A stretch of 64,000 nt of DNA from Chitinophagales bacterium (GTDB taxonomy: Bacteria > Bacteroidota > Bacteroidia > Chitinophagales > Chitinophagaceae), in NCBI GenBank assembly GCA_038256495.1, contig JBBSKH010000003.1:1929-65928 (forward strand), written 5' to 3'. Below are positions 47,571 to 59,300 of this stretch, one piece after another (the first letter of the stretch is position 1; each line of letters begins with the position of its first letter). The position numbers and the translations under genes were made by a program. The notes under the pieces are model-generated. The model had not been told where the DNA came from. It did no database searches and worked only from the letters and a program-made list of their open reading frames with translations.

Positions 47571-49220
47571 TTCGCCTGTGGCAATAGGCGATGGAATTGT
47601 TTTACGGGCAGGCAAAAACAGTTGCAGAAAAATGGCGATAAAGATCACCATCAAGGCCCCGATAACATTCAGCCATAAAAAAGAAATTATATCTGCATTA
47701 TAGATCCAGATAATAAATGCTTCAGAAATTAATGCTGCAATAAATACTGCATTTGCACTCACCCATTTTATCCAGAAAGCAACCAGGAAAACCCCAAGTA
47801 TAACTCCGTAGAACAATGACCCAAGAATATTAACCGCCTCAATCAGGCTGTTGCCGATGTTTTGTGCAAACATGGCAATAAAAATGCAGAAGATGCCCCA
47901 CGCAAAAGTGTACCATTGAGATACTTTGTAATCTTTAAATTCCGTTTCATTCTTAACAAAGAATTTCTTGTGAAAATCAACCACCGTGCATGCAGCCAGC
48001 GAGTTGAGTGCCGCAGCAATACTTCCCCATGCAGAGAGGAAGATCATTGCAAACAGTAACCCTACAAGGCCAATGGGCAGGTTGTCTTTTACGAAGCGAA
48101 GGAAAATAAAATTAGCATCATTGGCATCATCGCCTGGCAGTGCTTGCTGCAGCGTATTTTTATATTGCTGGCGGTAGGCTTTGGATGCTTCTATTTGTCC
48201 GCTTTCAAAAGCTGCATTGTAATTTTTTTCTATAGCAGCAAGCGAATCTTTATAAGGCGTTTGGGCGGCCAGTTCCATTTTAGCACTATCAAAAAATACC
48301 GGGGCTTTATGGTGCAGGTAAAAAGAAAAAATCAAAATACCAATGAGTAAAATAAAGAATTGCATAGGCACTTTTACTACACCATTCATCAATAAACCTT
48401 TTCGGCTCTCCCGCACACTCTTAGCCGTTAGGTAACGCCCCACCTGGCTATGGTCTGTTCCAAAATAACTCATGGCCAAAAAGAATCCGCCTATTACCCC
48501 GCTCCATATATTGTATTTATCCTTCCAGTCGAAACCGTTTTCTGTGAATCCCGTTGTGATAACATTCATTTTCCCAAGTTCTGCGGCCTTGTCAATGGCT
48601 TCTTTAAAACCAACATCGGCAGGCAACAGACTAACGGCAATATAGGCGATGATAAACAGTGATGAGAACACGATGATCATCTGTAAGGTTTGTGTATACG
48701 CCACCGCTTTTGCTCCACCGCTCATGGTGTAAATAATGAGTAAACCACCCATTACCACATTGGTATAATAAATGTTCCAACCCATCAGCGAACTTAAGAT
48801 CAGGGAAGGTGCATAGATGCTTACTCCCGTGCTGAGGCCACGGGAAAGCAAAAACAAAAAGGAAGTGAAGCTGCGGGTCTTGCTGTCGAAACGCTTTTCC
48901 AAAAATTCATATGCTGTATACACTTTTAACCTGGCGTACACCGGCACAAAAAATATACTGATGACGATCATCGCCAGCGGCAATCCAAAATAATATTGCA
49001 CAAAGCGCATCCCATCTGTGTAAGATTGACCGGGACCGGTTAAATAAGTAATGGCACTAGCTTGTGTGCCCATTATGCTGAGCAGCACCAGGTACCAGGG
49101 CATGCTCCTGTTGCTGAGGAAATAGCCATCCAGGTCCTTAGTGGTACGGCTTTTATAAATCCCGTACATAATTATACCTGAAAGCACCAACACCAATATG
49201 ATCCAGTCAATATAACTCAT
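47565..49220 (-). CDS. Sodium:solute symporter (SSS) family transporter
   Basis: A polytopic protein of about 13-14 TM helices with SSS-like N-terminal motifs (YFLSNRSMPWY). Confidence 0.8.
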   Translation of the reverse strand: MSYIDWIILVLVLSGIIMYGIYKSRTTKDLDGYFLSNRSMPWYLVLLSIMGTQASAITYLTGPGQSYTDGMRFVQYYFGLPLAMIVISIFFVPVYARLKVYTAYEFLEKRFDSKTRSFTSFLFLLSRGLSTGVSIYAPSLILSSLMGWNIYYTNVVMGGLLIIYTMSGGAKAVAYTQTLQMIIVFSSLFIIAYIAVSLLPADVGFKEAIDKAAELGKMNVITTGFTENGFDWKDKYNIWSGVIGGFFLAMSYFGTDHSQVGRYLTAKSVRESRKGLLMNGVVKVPMQFFILLIGILIFSFYLHHKAPVFFDSAKMELAAQTPYKDSLAAIEKNYNAAFESGQIEASKAYRQQYKNTLQQALPGDDANDANFIFLRFVKDNLPIGLVGLLFAMIFLSAWGSIAAALNSLAACTVVDFHKKFFVKNETEFKDYKVSQWYTFAWGIFCIFIAMFAQNIGNSLIEAVNILGSLFYGVILGVFLVAFWIKWVSANAVFIAALISEAFIIWIYNADIISFLWLNVIGALMVIFIAIFLQLFLPARKTIPSPIATGEL

Positions 49221-49250
49221 AGCTTAACGGCTTGAAGGATTCTATTTTCG

Positions 49251-51734
49251 TTATTTCTTGTTGTTTGCAATAAGGTTCGCCAGCAAACGATAAGCCCCCG
49301 GCACACCTGCGGGCAATTCCCTGAAGAATACCAGCCCTGTGTAAATAAACCTGCCTTTACCATAATTACTAACTATTAGGCTTCCCTCCTGCTCCTTCTC
49401 TCCCGGATCTTTCATGCTTAATATCTTCTGGTAACGATCATCAATATTTTCTGCATTATAGATACTGCGTTCCTGAATCCAGCCCTCAAAATCTTTAGCG
49501 GTAATTTTATTAGGATAGTTCAATACAGGATGATCTGGTAGCAAGAAATTTACCCTGGCGGTTTCATCTGTAACCCGGTTCCTGGTAATATTAAACGGGT
49601 ACGGGGATATTTTTGACTTCATGGGACCAATAGAATTATTGGTATTGTACTGCACCAACAACACCCCTCCTTCCTTCACATAGTTCATCAACACATCATA
49701 CACATTGCTTAGCCATGTATTGGTATTATAAGCACGCACACCGGTAATGATGGCATCCAGGTTTTTAAGGTTTTCCGGGCTTACGTCTTTTTCGCTTAGC
49801 ATAACTACGGTGTAGCCCATTTGTTCCAGGGCCGCAGGCACTTTATCGCCTGCACCATCAATGTAACCAACCCTGCTTCCCACGGTTTTAAGGTCCATTT
49901 TTATTACCCTTGCCCGGTCGTAGTAACTATAAAAAATATCAGGAATATGATCGTAACTGATCTTGTTCAATGAAAGCATTTGCGGCTCATACAAAGATGC
50001 TGCAGTAAATTGTCCGCCAACATACCGGGTCGTATTATTCGGAAATGAATCGCTGTTGATCGTAACATTGATTCTATATTTTTCGCCACGGTTATAATTT
50101 TTCAGGGTATCGAATACAATCCTTGAGTGACCATTGTTCACCGTTTTAAAATTTACCTTTTCGTTAAATGGCAAATTGGTTTGTACATCGTAATGGATGG
50201 TGCGCTGTTCCTTTTTACTGTTCGACAAAATGATGAGGGAAGGAGTTGTATTTACAAAAACAGGATTAACCAATTGTATTGGCTCATACAATTCCCCTTT
50301 AACAGGATCGGTGTATTTATAAAAAATTGGCCTTACAAAACTATATAGCTTATCACCAATCCTCACCTGGAACAGGGCAGTTGCATTTAAGCTTTCCGGG
50401 GCACCAATGATGGCCTGGTTCTTTACTTCAAATGAACCCTCGTTCATAGGATACTCCAGCCAGTAAGGCTGAGATGTAGGCCTTTCTTTTGGAATAAAAA
50501 CCGAAGCGGTAATGCTGCTGGTTATGTTTGGTGCAATATTTTGAAATACCTGTGTAGTGCCCAATATGCTTACCTGTGCTGTTTCTACATTTACGCCGGA
50601 ACGGTTGTTGAAACTAACGGTGAACTTTAAACTATCGCCTACCACATTTAACTGATTGGCTGCAGTTGCTTCCATAAATAATCCTGCACACTGTGCAATA
50701 GCTTCTTCTATAATTAAGCGGTTTATATTTATTCTGGAACGTATTGCAAAGTCATATAAATCTTTTAGTGCTGGTATGCTTTGAGCAGGCATTGCAGCAT
50801 TAAAGTTGTTCAACATTTTTTTTAGCATTTCATCATACTGTTTTTCAATTGCAGGCCCAGCATTAAATCTTTTCACGGTTGTCTCCACTCCATCCATTAA
50901 ATCTTTTTCAGGCTTATCCCCTTTTATTGTAGCAAAATATTCAAAGATTTCACCTCTTTGTGCAGGCACCCCAAAACCCTGGCTCTTATGCTGGCTGCGG
51001 CTTTCAGCAGCCATTTCGCCATAACTTTTTCCAAGGATTGGATTGTATAATCCAACGTCAATTTTTAGCTGGTCTTCCCGCTGCGTATTGTTGCCGCCAA
51101 AATTAAAGGTGTTCCATAGTAACCGCTTTGCCTGCCACACGGTAATGCCAAACTGTTTCAATTGTTCCGGAAACATGGTTGAATCTGCCGCAGCATCAAA
51201 GGCCTCACTGGCAAGGATAGCCGAAGCTGTGTGATGGCCGTGGCCACCTTCACCAGTTGTAGGAAAACGGCTAATTATTACATCAGGGTTAAATTTTCTT
51301 ATTACCCAAACTATATCACTCAAAATTTTATCATGGCCCCATTTTGTAATGGTTTCATCAGGGCTTTTGCTATACCCAAAATCGAAAGCGGTACTGAAAA
51401 ATTGTTCAGCGCCATCTACCCTGCGGGCTGCCAGCAGTTCTTGTGTGCGGATAAGGCCGAGGTCTATACCCTGCTCACTACCAATCAGGTTTTGCCCGCC
51501 ATCGCCCCTGGTGATGCTCATGTAGCCAGTACGTAACCTGCGTTCATTAGCCAGGTATGCCAGCAGTCGGGTGTTCTCATCATCGGGGTGGGCTGCAATG
51601 TAAAGCACCGAACCAAACACCTCCAGTTTTTTCAATTGCTGCAATATATCTGAAGAAGCCCAGGTTTTAGGCGACTGCGCCTGCACAAAAGAAAAACATA
51701 ACACGGCTACTACTACCGTAAAAACTTTTTGCAT
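49251..51734 (-). CDS. Secreted PIG-L/LmbE family deacetylase, large multidomain form
   Basis: Signal peptide, AAHPDDENTRLL and EGGHGHHTAS motifs of PIG-L/LmbE zinc deacetylases, and a long C-terminal extension. Confidence 0.75.
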   Translation of the reverse strand: MQKVFTVVVAVLCFSFVQAQSPKTWASSDILQQLKKLEVFGSVLYIAAHPDDENTRLLAYLANERRLRTGYMSITRGDGGQNLIGSEQGIDLGLIRTQELLAARRVDGAEQFFSTAFDFGYSKSPDETITKWGHDKILSDIVWVIRKFNPDVIISRFPTTGEGGHGHHTASAILASEAFDAAADSTMFPEQLKQFGITVWQAKRLLWNTFNFGGNNTQREDQLKIDVGLYNPILGKSYGEMAAESRSQHKSQGFGVPAQRGEIFEYFATIKGDKPEKDLMDGVETTVKRFNAGPAIEKQYDEMLKKMLNNFNAAMPAQSIPALKDLYDFAIRSRININRLIIEEAIAQCAGLFMEATAANQLNVVGDSLKFTVSFNNRSGVNVETAQVSILGTTQVFQNIAPNITSSITASVFIPKERPTSQPYWLEYPMNEGSFEVKNQAIIGAPESLNATALFQVRIGDKLYSFVRPIFYKYTDPVKGELYEPIQLVNPVFVNTTPSLIILSNSKKEQRTIHYDVQTNLPFNEKVNFKTVNNGHSRIVFDTLKNYNRGEKYRINVTINSDSFPNNTTRYVGGQFTAASLYEPQMLSLNKISYDHIPDIFYSYYDRARVIKMDLKTVGSRVGYIDGAGDKVPAALEQMGYTVVMLSEKDVSPENLKNLDAIITGVRAYNTNTWLSNVYDVLMNYVKEGGVLLVQYNTNNSIGPMKSKISPYPFNITRNRVTDETARVNFLLPDHPVLNYPNKITAKDFEGWIQERSIYNAENIDDRYQKILSMKDPGEKEQEGSLIVSNYGKGRFIYTGLVFFRELPAGVPGAYRLLANLIANNKK

Positions 51735-51801
51735 AACTGGAAATTATATTCACGAAAATAAGGCAATGTACCGGCCATACCTTACCACTTATCATTGTTA
51801 C

Positions 51802-51826
51802 AAAAAAACCGCATGTGCATGCGGTT
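51802..51826 (-). terminator. Rho-independent terminator after the M14 peptidase gene
   Basis: On the minus strand: the palindrome ACCGCATGCACATGCGGT, followed by TTTTTTT. Confidence 0.7.
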
Positions 51827-51843
51827 ATATAAAAGGTTTGTAT

Positions 51844-54351
51844 TTATTGCCCCACCAGGAACACACCGTTGCTAAACATCAGCTTACCGTTCTCCCAGAA
51901 ATTCCGGAACAACAAGTCATCAGCAAAGTATACAATGCTGCCACGCCCCGTAGGGCTTACAGCTATCACGGTACCATCTACCAGTTTTTGCCTTGCGGCA
52001 CTTCCTACAAAACCGGCTACTTGTTTGTCTTTTTTTATCACGCCCACATTCCAGGTGTTCTTACCAAATTCAAAAAGATCAGTATTCATTTTTAATGAAA
52101 AGAAATAACCTGGGTAACCGAACGCAAGCGGGTGACTGTTATCCAGTTCAATTTTGTAAATAGCGCCCGGTACATTATTCTTAAGGTCATTTTTCTCCCT
52201 GTCTTCAAAGCGTTTCAGGTCGGCATATTTGTCACCGGAAGCCGGCTCCTTATCATCATCTTCTTTTTTTATTTTCATATCGCTATCCACGGCGGCTAAG
52301 GCAGTAGCTGCATTTTCAAGGGCGATAATTTTTCCTCCCTGATTAACCCATGATTTCAACTGCGCTACCGCATCCTTGTCTCCAAACATTTTATAATTGC
52401 CATTAGGTAAGATCAATACGTCTACATCCTTTAGCCGGTTTATCCTTAGCTCATCTGCATTTATTAATGTAATGGGATATTCCAGTTCTTTATCAAAAAA
52501 ATACCACACTTCGCCCGAAGCATTCTCCGAAGTTTCTGAGCCGGTGAGCATGCCTACCACCGGGGCTTTTAGCTGGTGTAATTTATCTGAGCCAAAATCG
52601 AAGCCGCTCTCCATAAAACCGGAAGCAATGGCGGTTACGTTGTTATTAAACCTGCCTGCAAGCTTTACAAAATCCGGAATCTTTGAAGCGTTTTGTTTGC
52701 CCAGTACCACTAGTGTGCCTTTTTTATAAGTAATACCATTGTAAACAAAATCCTTTTCTGCAAACCGCACTTTAATGCCTGCTTTCAACATAGCGGCCAG
52801 TAATTTTGCATCGCTGAAAGATTGGTAATTTACCAGGTAACCATATGCATCAAACGGTATAGGCGCTTTCACGGCAGCAACAATATTTTCCTTGCCAACC
52901 AGTTTTTCTTTCAAAGCCCATGCCTGCATACCATATACATAAGGTAAAGACCATGCAGTGATATCATAAGTGGCCGAATCACTTAGCCGTGACATCGGCT
53001 CAAACAACACCTTTACCAGCGCAGCCTTGGGTTGTGTGGAAGAAACGACAAGATCATTCTCTTTTACATTAACAGTTTCTTCCTTGCCGGTAAAATAATT
53101 AAAGCCTTTGGTAGTAGCGTCTTTTACGGCATAACCATAAGCAATTTTATTCTTCTTAAACAATTTAATGAGCGATGCAGTTTTGTTTTCGTCTGCTGCT
53201 GAAAAAACATAAGTTTTATAATCGCCCAGCATGCCGTTGTTACCTGCATCGAAATATTTTTTGAACTCCTTCATTAAAGGGGCATTATTTGCTGCCACCA
53301 TCTCCAGCGTACTCATGCTGGTAGTAAAATGATGGGCAATACGGTCCGTTAGTTTTAAAGTATCGCTTTCGCCCAGGGCAATAGCAAGCCCAGCACTACC
53401 GTGCCCTGCCTGCTCGTATGTCATACCAATAGAGCCATTGAACATGGGATAGGTATCGCCATAAGAAGGATAGAAAAGGTCAAAATATTGTTTGGTAAAA
53501 TAAAGCCAGCCATTGGCATCAAAATATTTTGCATGGTTCTTCCCAATGGTTACCTGGAAACGCCTTTGCCAATCAGTAACAGATTCGTGAACGGGCTCTG
53601 CAGCGGGTGCAAAATAATAAGGACTGTATGGTGATTGTTCATGAAAATCAACATGCACTTGCGGCATCCATTCATTGTATTTAACCAGCCGCTGCTGCGA
53701 TTCTACCTGTGTTTGCCATGCCCAATCACGGTTCAAATCAAAATAGTAGTGGTTTACCCTGCCACCCGGCCATGGCTCGCTGTGTTCCCTTGCCAGGGTA
53801 CTGGCATTGTATTCTGCTCCCATCATCTGGTTGTACCATATAACATATCGGTCCCTGCCATCAGGGTTTAGGCATGGATCAATAATGACTACCGTATTTT
53901 TTAACCAAGTCTGTGCTTGCGCATTGTTGTTGTTCAGTAATTCATATAAAGTTTTCATAGAAACTTCTGAAGAACTGGCTTCATTACCGTGCACATTATA
54001 ACTGAGCCATGTAATGGCCGGTGCATCCACCGTGCCGGTCTTATCAGCAAGCAACCCCGTTAACCGCAGGTTATTTTTCCTGATCTCTTCTATGTTACTC
54101 ATATTTGCTGCACTACCAACTACAGCCAGCAATAAGGGCCTGCCTTCATTTGTATAGCCGTAGGTTTGCAACTGCATCTTTGCAGGAGCTGTTAAGGCAG
54201 CATATTCAAAGTATTGCACGATCTTATGATGAGGTGTAAACCTTTCACCCAGTTTGTAGCCAAGGAATTCATCGGGACTTTTCAGGTTTTGAGCAGACGC
54301 AGTTAGTAACAAAAAAAAGAAGCCAGAAAGTAATGCTAAAGTATGTTTCAT
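51844..54351 (-). CDS. Secreted M14 family zinc carboxypeptidase-like protein, large form
   Basis: Signal peptide, and the zinc-ligand motif NVHGNEASSSE (HxxE) with a downstream DFHE. Confidence 0.75.
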   Translation of the reverse strand: MKHTLALLSGFFFLLLTASAQNLKSPDEFLGYKLGERFTPHHKIVQYFEYAALTAPAKMQLQTYGYTNEGRPLLLAVVGSAANMSNIEEIRKNNLRLTGLLADKTGTVDAPAITWLSYNVHGNEASSSEVSMKTLYELLNNNNAQAQTWLKNTVVIIDPCLNPDGRDRYVIWYNQMMGAEYNASTLAREHSEPWPGGRVNHYYFDLNRDWAWQTQVESQQRLVKYNEWMPQVHVDFHEQSPYSPYYFAPAAEPVHESVTDWQRRFQVTIGKNHAKYFDANGWLYFTKQYFDLFYPSYGDTYPMFNGSIGMTYEQAGHGSAGLAIALGESDTLKLTDRIAHHFTTSMSTLEMVAANNAPLMKEFKKYFDAGNNGMLGDYKTYVFSAADENKTASLIKLFKKNKIAYGYAVKDATTKGFNYFTGKEETVNVKENDLVVSSTQPKAALVKVLFEPMSRLSDSATYDITAWSLPYVYGMQAWALKEKLVGKENIVAAVKAPIPFDAYGYLVNYQSFSDAKLLAAMLKAGIKVRFAEKDFVYNGITYKKGTLVVLGKQNASKIPDFVKLAGRFNNNVTAIASGFMESGFDFGSDKLHQLKAPVVGMLTGSETSENASGEVWYFFDKELEYPITLINADELRINRLKDVDVLILPNGNYKMFGDKDAVAQLKSWVNQGGKIIALENAATALAAVDSDMKIKKEDDDKEPASGDKYADLKRFEDREKNDLKNNVPGAIYKIELDNSHPLAFGYPGYFFSLKMNTDLFEFGKNTWNVGVIKKDKQVAGFVGSAARQKLVDGTVIAVSPTGRGSIVYFADDLLFRNFWENGKLMFSNGVFLVGQ

Positions 54352-54433
54352 ATAACTTGTTAAGAGGTGAAATTATTAAAACCTCATGCCTTTATAAAAA
54401 GAAATTTTAGATTTGAACAAATAAACACGAAAG

Positions 54434-56128
54434 ATGAAACAATATAAAATTCTAGTTCAGGCAATGATGTGTTTGATTTTCCAATCTTCAGTGATGGCAC
54501 AATTGCCCTACAGTATTCAAAAGAAAGCAGTGTGTACACAGGGTGCGGTGGTAAGTGCCCACCCGTTGGCAACAAAGGCTGGCATGAGTATGCTGGCACA
54601 AGGCGGTAATGCAATAGATGCTGCCATAGCAACCCAGCTTGCCCTGGCAGTTGTATATCCTGCAGCGGGCAATCTGGGTGGCGGGGGATTTATGATCGCA
54701 TCGTTGGCAAATGGCAAAACCATTGCCCTTGACTACCGGGAAATGGCACCTGCAAAGGCTTTTAAGGATATGTATCTTGATAAGAAAGGTAATCCAATCA
54801 AAGAATTATCGTTGAATGGTCCACTGGCAAGTGGTGTACCCGGCACCGTAGCGGGTCTTTTTGCCAGTATGAAATATGGGCGGCTGTCGTTTGCAGAACT
54901 GGTAGCACCGGCTATTGAGTTGGCCGAAGAAGGTTTTGCCATTACTGCATCGCAGGCTGCAAGCTTTAATGCTTCAAAAAGAACTTTTGAAAAAGCTAAC
55001 AAAAATGCCGTGCGATTTGTAAAAGAAGACTTGTGGCAGGAAGGTGATATGCTGCGTCAGCCAGAACTGGCCAACACCCTTAAAAGAATGAAGGCTGCCG
55101 GTGCACGTGGATTTTATGAAGGTGTAACGGCAAGAATGATTGTTGAGGAAATGAAAAGAAGCAATGGCATCATCAGCCTGCAGGACCTTAAAAATTACCG
55201 GGCCAAAGAGCGGGTGCCCGTTCGTTTTAATTATAAAGGATATGAAATTATCGGCATGCCCATGCCAAGTAGTGGCGGCATCTTATTGCAGCAAATGATG
55301 ACAATGATAGAACACCGGGATATTGCTTCTATGGGATTTCAAACGCCGGAAAGTGTGCAACTGATGGTGGAAGTTGAAAGAAGAGCCTATGCAGACAGAG
55401 GCACTTATATGGGTGATGCAGATTTTGCCAAAGTACCTGTAAAAACTTTGGTTAGCGATGCATACCTGCAACAACGCATGAGCGACTATAAACCCGGGGT
55501 GGCAGGAAGCAGTACTGTTACCAAGGAAGGGATGATAAAAGAAAGTGATCAAACTACGCATTTAAGTGTGGTAGATAAATATGGCAATGCAGTTTCTGTT
55601 ACCACCACGCTTAATGGTGGGTACGGCTGCCACACTGTTGTAAGCGGAGCAGGATTTTTATTAAATAACGAAATGGATGATTTTAGTGTGAAGCCGGGTG
55701 CACCCAATATGTATGGCGCCGTTGGCAAGGCTGCCAATGCCATTGAACCTGGTAAAAGAATGCTGAGTAGTATGACTCCTACCATTGTGCTTAAAGATAA
55801 CAAACCATACATCGTAGTTGGTACACCGGGCGGCACCACCATACCCACTAGTGTTTTTCAAAGTATTGTAAACATCCTGGAGTTTGGCCTTACGCCGGAA
55901 GAAGCTGTTAACAAACCCAAGTTCCATCACCAGTGGCTGCCCGACGAAATAAGGGTGGAAGACGATTTTCCTGATGATGTGATAGCAGCACTTAAAGCAA
56001 TGGGATACCCCGTTAATAAGAAAGGCGCTATCGGACGCACGGAACTGATACGCATAAGCGAAAAGCCCGTTAGAACGATTACCGCTATTGCCGACAAAAG
56101 AGGCGACGATGCCGCAGGAGGATATTAA
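54434..56128 (+). CDS. ggt: Gamma-glutamyltransferase
   Basis: Signal peptide, GGGGFM, and the autoprocessing/nucleophile site DQTTHLSVVD. Confidence 0.9.
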   Translation: MKQYKILVQAMMCLIFQSSVMAQLPYSIQKKAVCTQGAVVSAHPLATKAGMSMLAQGGNAIDAAIATQLALAVVYPAAGNLGGGGFMIASLANGKTIALDYREMAPAKAFKDMYLDKKGNPIKELSLNGPLASGVPGTVAGLFASMKYGRLSFAELVAPAIELAEEGFAITASQAASFNASKRTFEKANKNAVRFVKEDLWQEGDMLRQPELANTLKRMKAAGARGFYEGVTARMIVEEMKRSNGIISLQDLKNYRAKERVPVRFNYKGYEIIGMPMPSSGGILLQQMMTMIEHRDIASMGFQTPESVQLMVEVERRAYADRGTYMGDADFAKVPVKTLVSDAYLQQRMSDYKPGVAGSSTVTKEGMIKESDQTTHLSVVDKYGNAVSVTTTLNGGYGCHTVVSGAGFLLNNEMDDFSVKPGAPNMYGAVGKAANAIEPGKRMLSSMTPTIVLKDNKPYIVVGTPGGTTIPTSVFQSIVNILEFGLTPEEAVNKPKFHHQWLPDEIRVEDDFPDDVIAALKAMGYPVNKKGAIGRTELIRISEKPVRTITAIADKRGDDAAGGY

Positions 56129-56309
56129 GCCTTAGGGCCGAATGCCTTACTTTTGCAAAAAAAATAATGCTGGTGCTGTTGCAAACCGCTATTGCCGTTA
56201 CCTTGTTCCTCTATATCTTCTATATTCATAAAGGCATGACGTACAATAAAATGGTAAATTTTTGTACGTTATTTGCAAGTGGATTGCTATTGGCTAATTT
56301 TACAACTAA

Positions 56310-59300
56310 TTGATTTTTCTGCGTAAATTCTTCAACATATTAAAAAAGGTGCTGCTGGTACTACTGTTATTGCTGGTATTGCTGTACGGGCTGCTGCATC
56401 TTTCTTCTGTGCAAACCTGGGTGGTTAAAAAAATTGCAGGTAGATTGTCTGAACAACTAGACACAAGGGTTACCATTCAATCTGTAGACCTGGAATTTTT
56501 TAATAATCTGGTGCTGAAAGGCCTGATGGTAGAGGACCGCAGCAAAGACACTTTATTGTACGCCGGCACTACAAAGGCCAACCTTACTGACTGGTTCTTT
56601 TTAAAAGATAAAATCACCGTTAACAATATTGAACTGGAAGATGCCAATATAAATATGCGTCGTACTGACTCCATCTGGAATTACCAGTTCCTGGTAGATT
56701 TTTTTTCAACGCCCAAGAACAACAAGAAAAAAAAGAAGGGTGTTGAGATAGACGTAAAGGAAATCCACTTAAAAAATGTGGTCTTTAATAAATTTGACAA
56801 ATGGGTTGGTCAGGGCATGACTGCATCCATAAAGAAACTGGATGTATTGATTGATAAGGTTGATATTCCCGGCAAGCAGGTAATTATCCGGGAGATATAC
56901 CTGGAAAAACCGGTGTTCGCTCAATCAGATTTTGAAGGCCTGAAGCCGGTAGAAAATGACCTTACCGATATTATGGCGAAGATACCGGTGGTGTCTGCGT
57001 TTAAATGGAATAACTCTGGCTGGGTGGCCAAAATTCAGAAAATACAGATCGTTAACGGTGCATTTCAAAATGATAAACTAACAGACAGGGCAGCGTATAC
57101 AGATCGCTTCGACGGGCAACATGTACACTTTTCAAACATCAATGGAAGCGCTACTGATGTATTATTTCTCAATGACACGTTACAAGTAAATATTTCGCTG
57201 AAAGCAAAAGAAAAGAACGGACTGGATATAAAGAAATTTGAAAGCCACCTGCGGTTTACACCGGAATTAATGGAGTTTAACCGTTTGGATTTGCAAACCA
57301 ACAAGAGCAAGTTAGGCGACTATTATGCCATGCGCTATAGCACTTTTAATAAGGACATGAGCAGCTTTATACACAATATAAACCTGGAAGCTCATTTTAA
57401 AGAAAGTGTGTTAAGTACCGATGACCTGGCCATATTTGCCCCCGACTTATCGGATATGAAACGGGTGTTTTTCCTGGAAGGCAATGCCAAGGGCACCATC
57501 GATAATTTTAATGTGAGGGCTATGAAGATAAGGACCGGCAATACTTTCCTTGATGGCGACTTATCTATGCGGGGTCTGCCAGACATCAACAATACTTTTA
57601 TTGACCTGAGGGCCCGAACTTTTAAAACTACTTACAACGACCTGGCAGGTATTGTGCCGTCTTTAAGAAAAGTAAAAACGCCGGCCCTGTATAAACTTGG
57701 CGCCATTGAATACGAAGGAAGCTATACAGGTTTTATAAAAGACTTTGTTGCCTACGGAAAAATAAGGACCAACCTTGGTACCGTGGTGGCCGACTTAAAT
57801 ATGAAGATTGGCAACAACGGGCAGGCCGCTTACTCCGGCAAAATAAACACCGGAGGTTTTGAGCTGGGCGCTTTTTTAAATAACAAGAACCTGGGTACTA
57901 TTGCCGTAAACGGCGTAATAAAGGGTCAGAATTTTGCCGTAAAAGACCTTAAGGCAAACTTTAAAGGAAAGGTGCAAAAGCTGGATTATGCCGGCTATAC
58001 TTATCAAAATATTATCATTAACGGCGATTTTGAGAAACAAATATTTCGGGGAAAAGCTTCCATTGATGATCCTAATCTTAAAATAGCTAACCTGGAGGGC
58101 GAGATTAGCCTGAGTGGAAAAGAACTTGCTTTTAACGCAGATGCCGATGTAACATTTGCAGACCTGCAAAAGATTGGCCTCTCAAAAGACAAGATCACCT
58201 TTTCGGGAGTTTTTGGCCTGAATTTTACAGGCAACAGTATTGATAATTTCCTTGGAACGGCTACCGTAAAAGATGCCAGTTTACAACATGAAGACCAGTT
58301 ATTATCCTTTGATTCTCTTACGCTCCGATCCTTTATTGAGAATGATAAAAAAACGCTCAGCCTCAAGTCTAATGAACTGGATGCTACCATCAGCGGTCAG
58401 TTTAAAATAATGCAACTTCCCAATGCATTCAAAGTATTTTTGGCAAGGTATTACCCAACTTATTTTCCTGTGCCTAAAGATCGGGTAGACAACCAGGATT
58501 TTAGCTTTAATATAAAGACCTATAATATTGACGAGTACATCCGGCTATTTGATAACAGGCTGGCAGGGTTCAACAATGCTTCCATAGACGGAAGCCTGGC
58601 CCTTAATAATTACCGACTGAATGTAAACGCTTTTGTGCCCTACTTTAGTTATGACGGTAAAGTTTTTACCAATACTGACCTGAAGGCAAACGGCAACCAG
58701 GACACTTTGTTTGCAAAACTGGATGTGGAGGACATTGCCTTAAATGATAGCTTGCATTTTCCGGAAACCACTTTGCAACTGGCCGCCCACAACGACCTGT
58801 CACGCATTAACCTAAAAACAAGTTCGGGTAATATCCTGAATGATGCAGACCTGAACGCCAGCATTGAAACCCTGAATGACGGGGTTCGGGTACACTTCTT
58901 CCCTTCTACCTTTATTTTAAATGGCAAGCAATGGCGGCTTGAAGAAGACGGAGAAATAAGCATACGCAAAAATTATATCGATGCCAATAAAGTGCAGTTT
59001 GTAAACAACGACCAGGAAATTGTGATATCATCAGAACTAGATGATGTTACCGACGATATCCACCTGGTGGCATCATTAAAAAATGTTATCATACAGGACT
59101 TCCTGCCTTTCTGGTTACCCAATCCTTCGCTTAAAGGAAAACTGACCGGGGAGGTAAAACTGAAAGACTATTTTGACAAGCAAAATATTTCTTTCATTGG
59201 AATTGCAGACAGCTTAACGCTTAATGACTCGTATATCGGGAGAACCAACCTGGAAAGCCATATAAATACCAGCACAGGAAAAATTGACTATAAGATCTCG

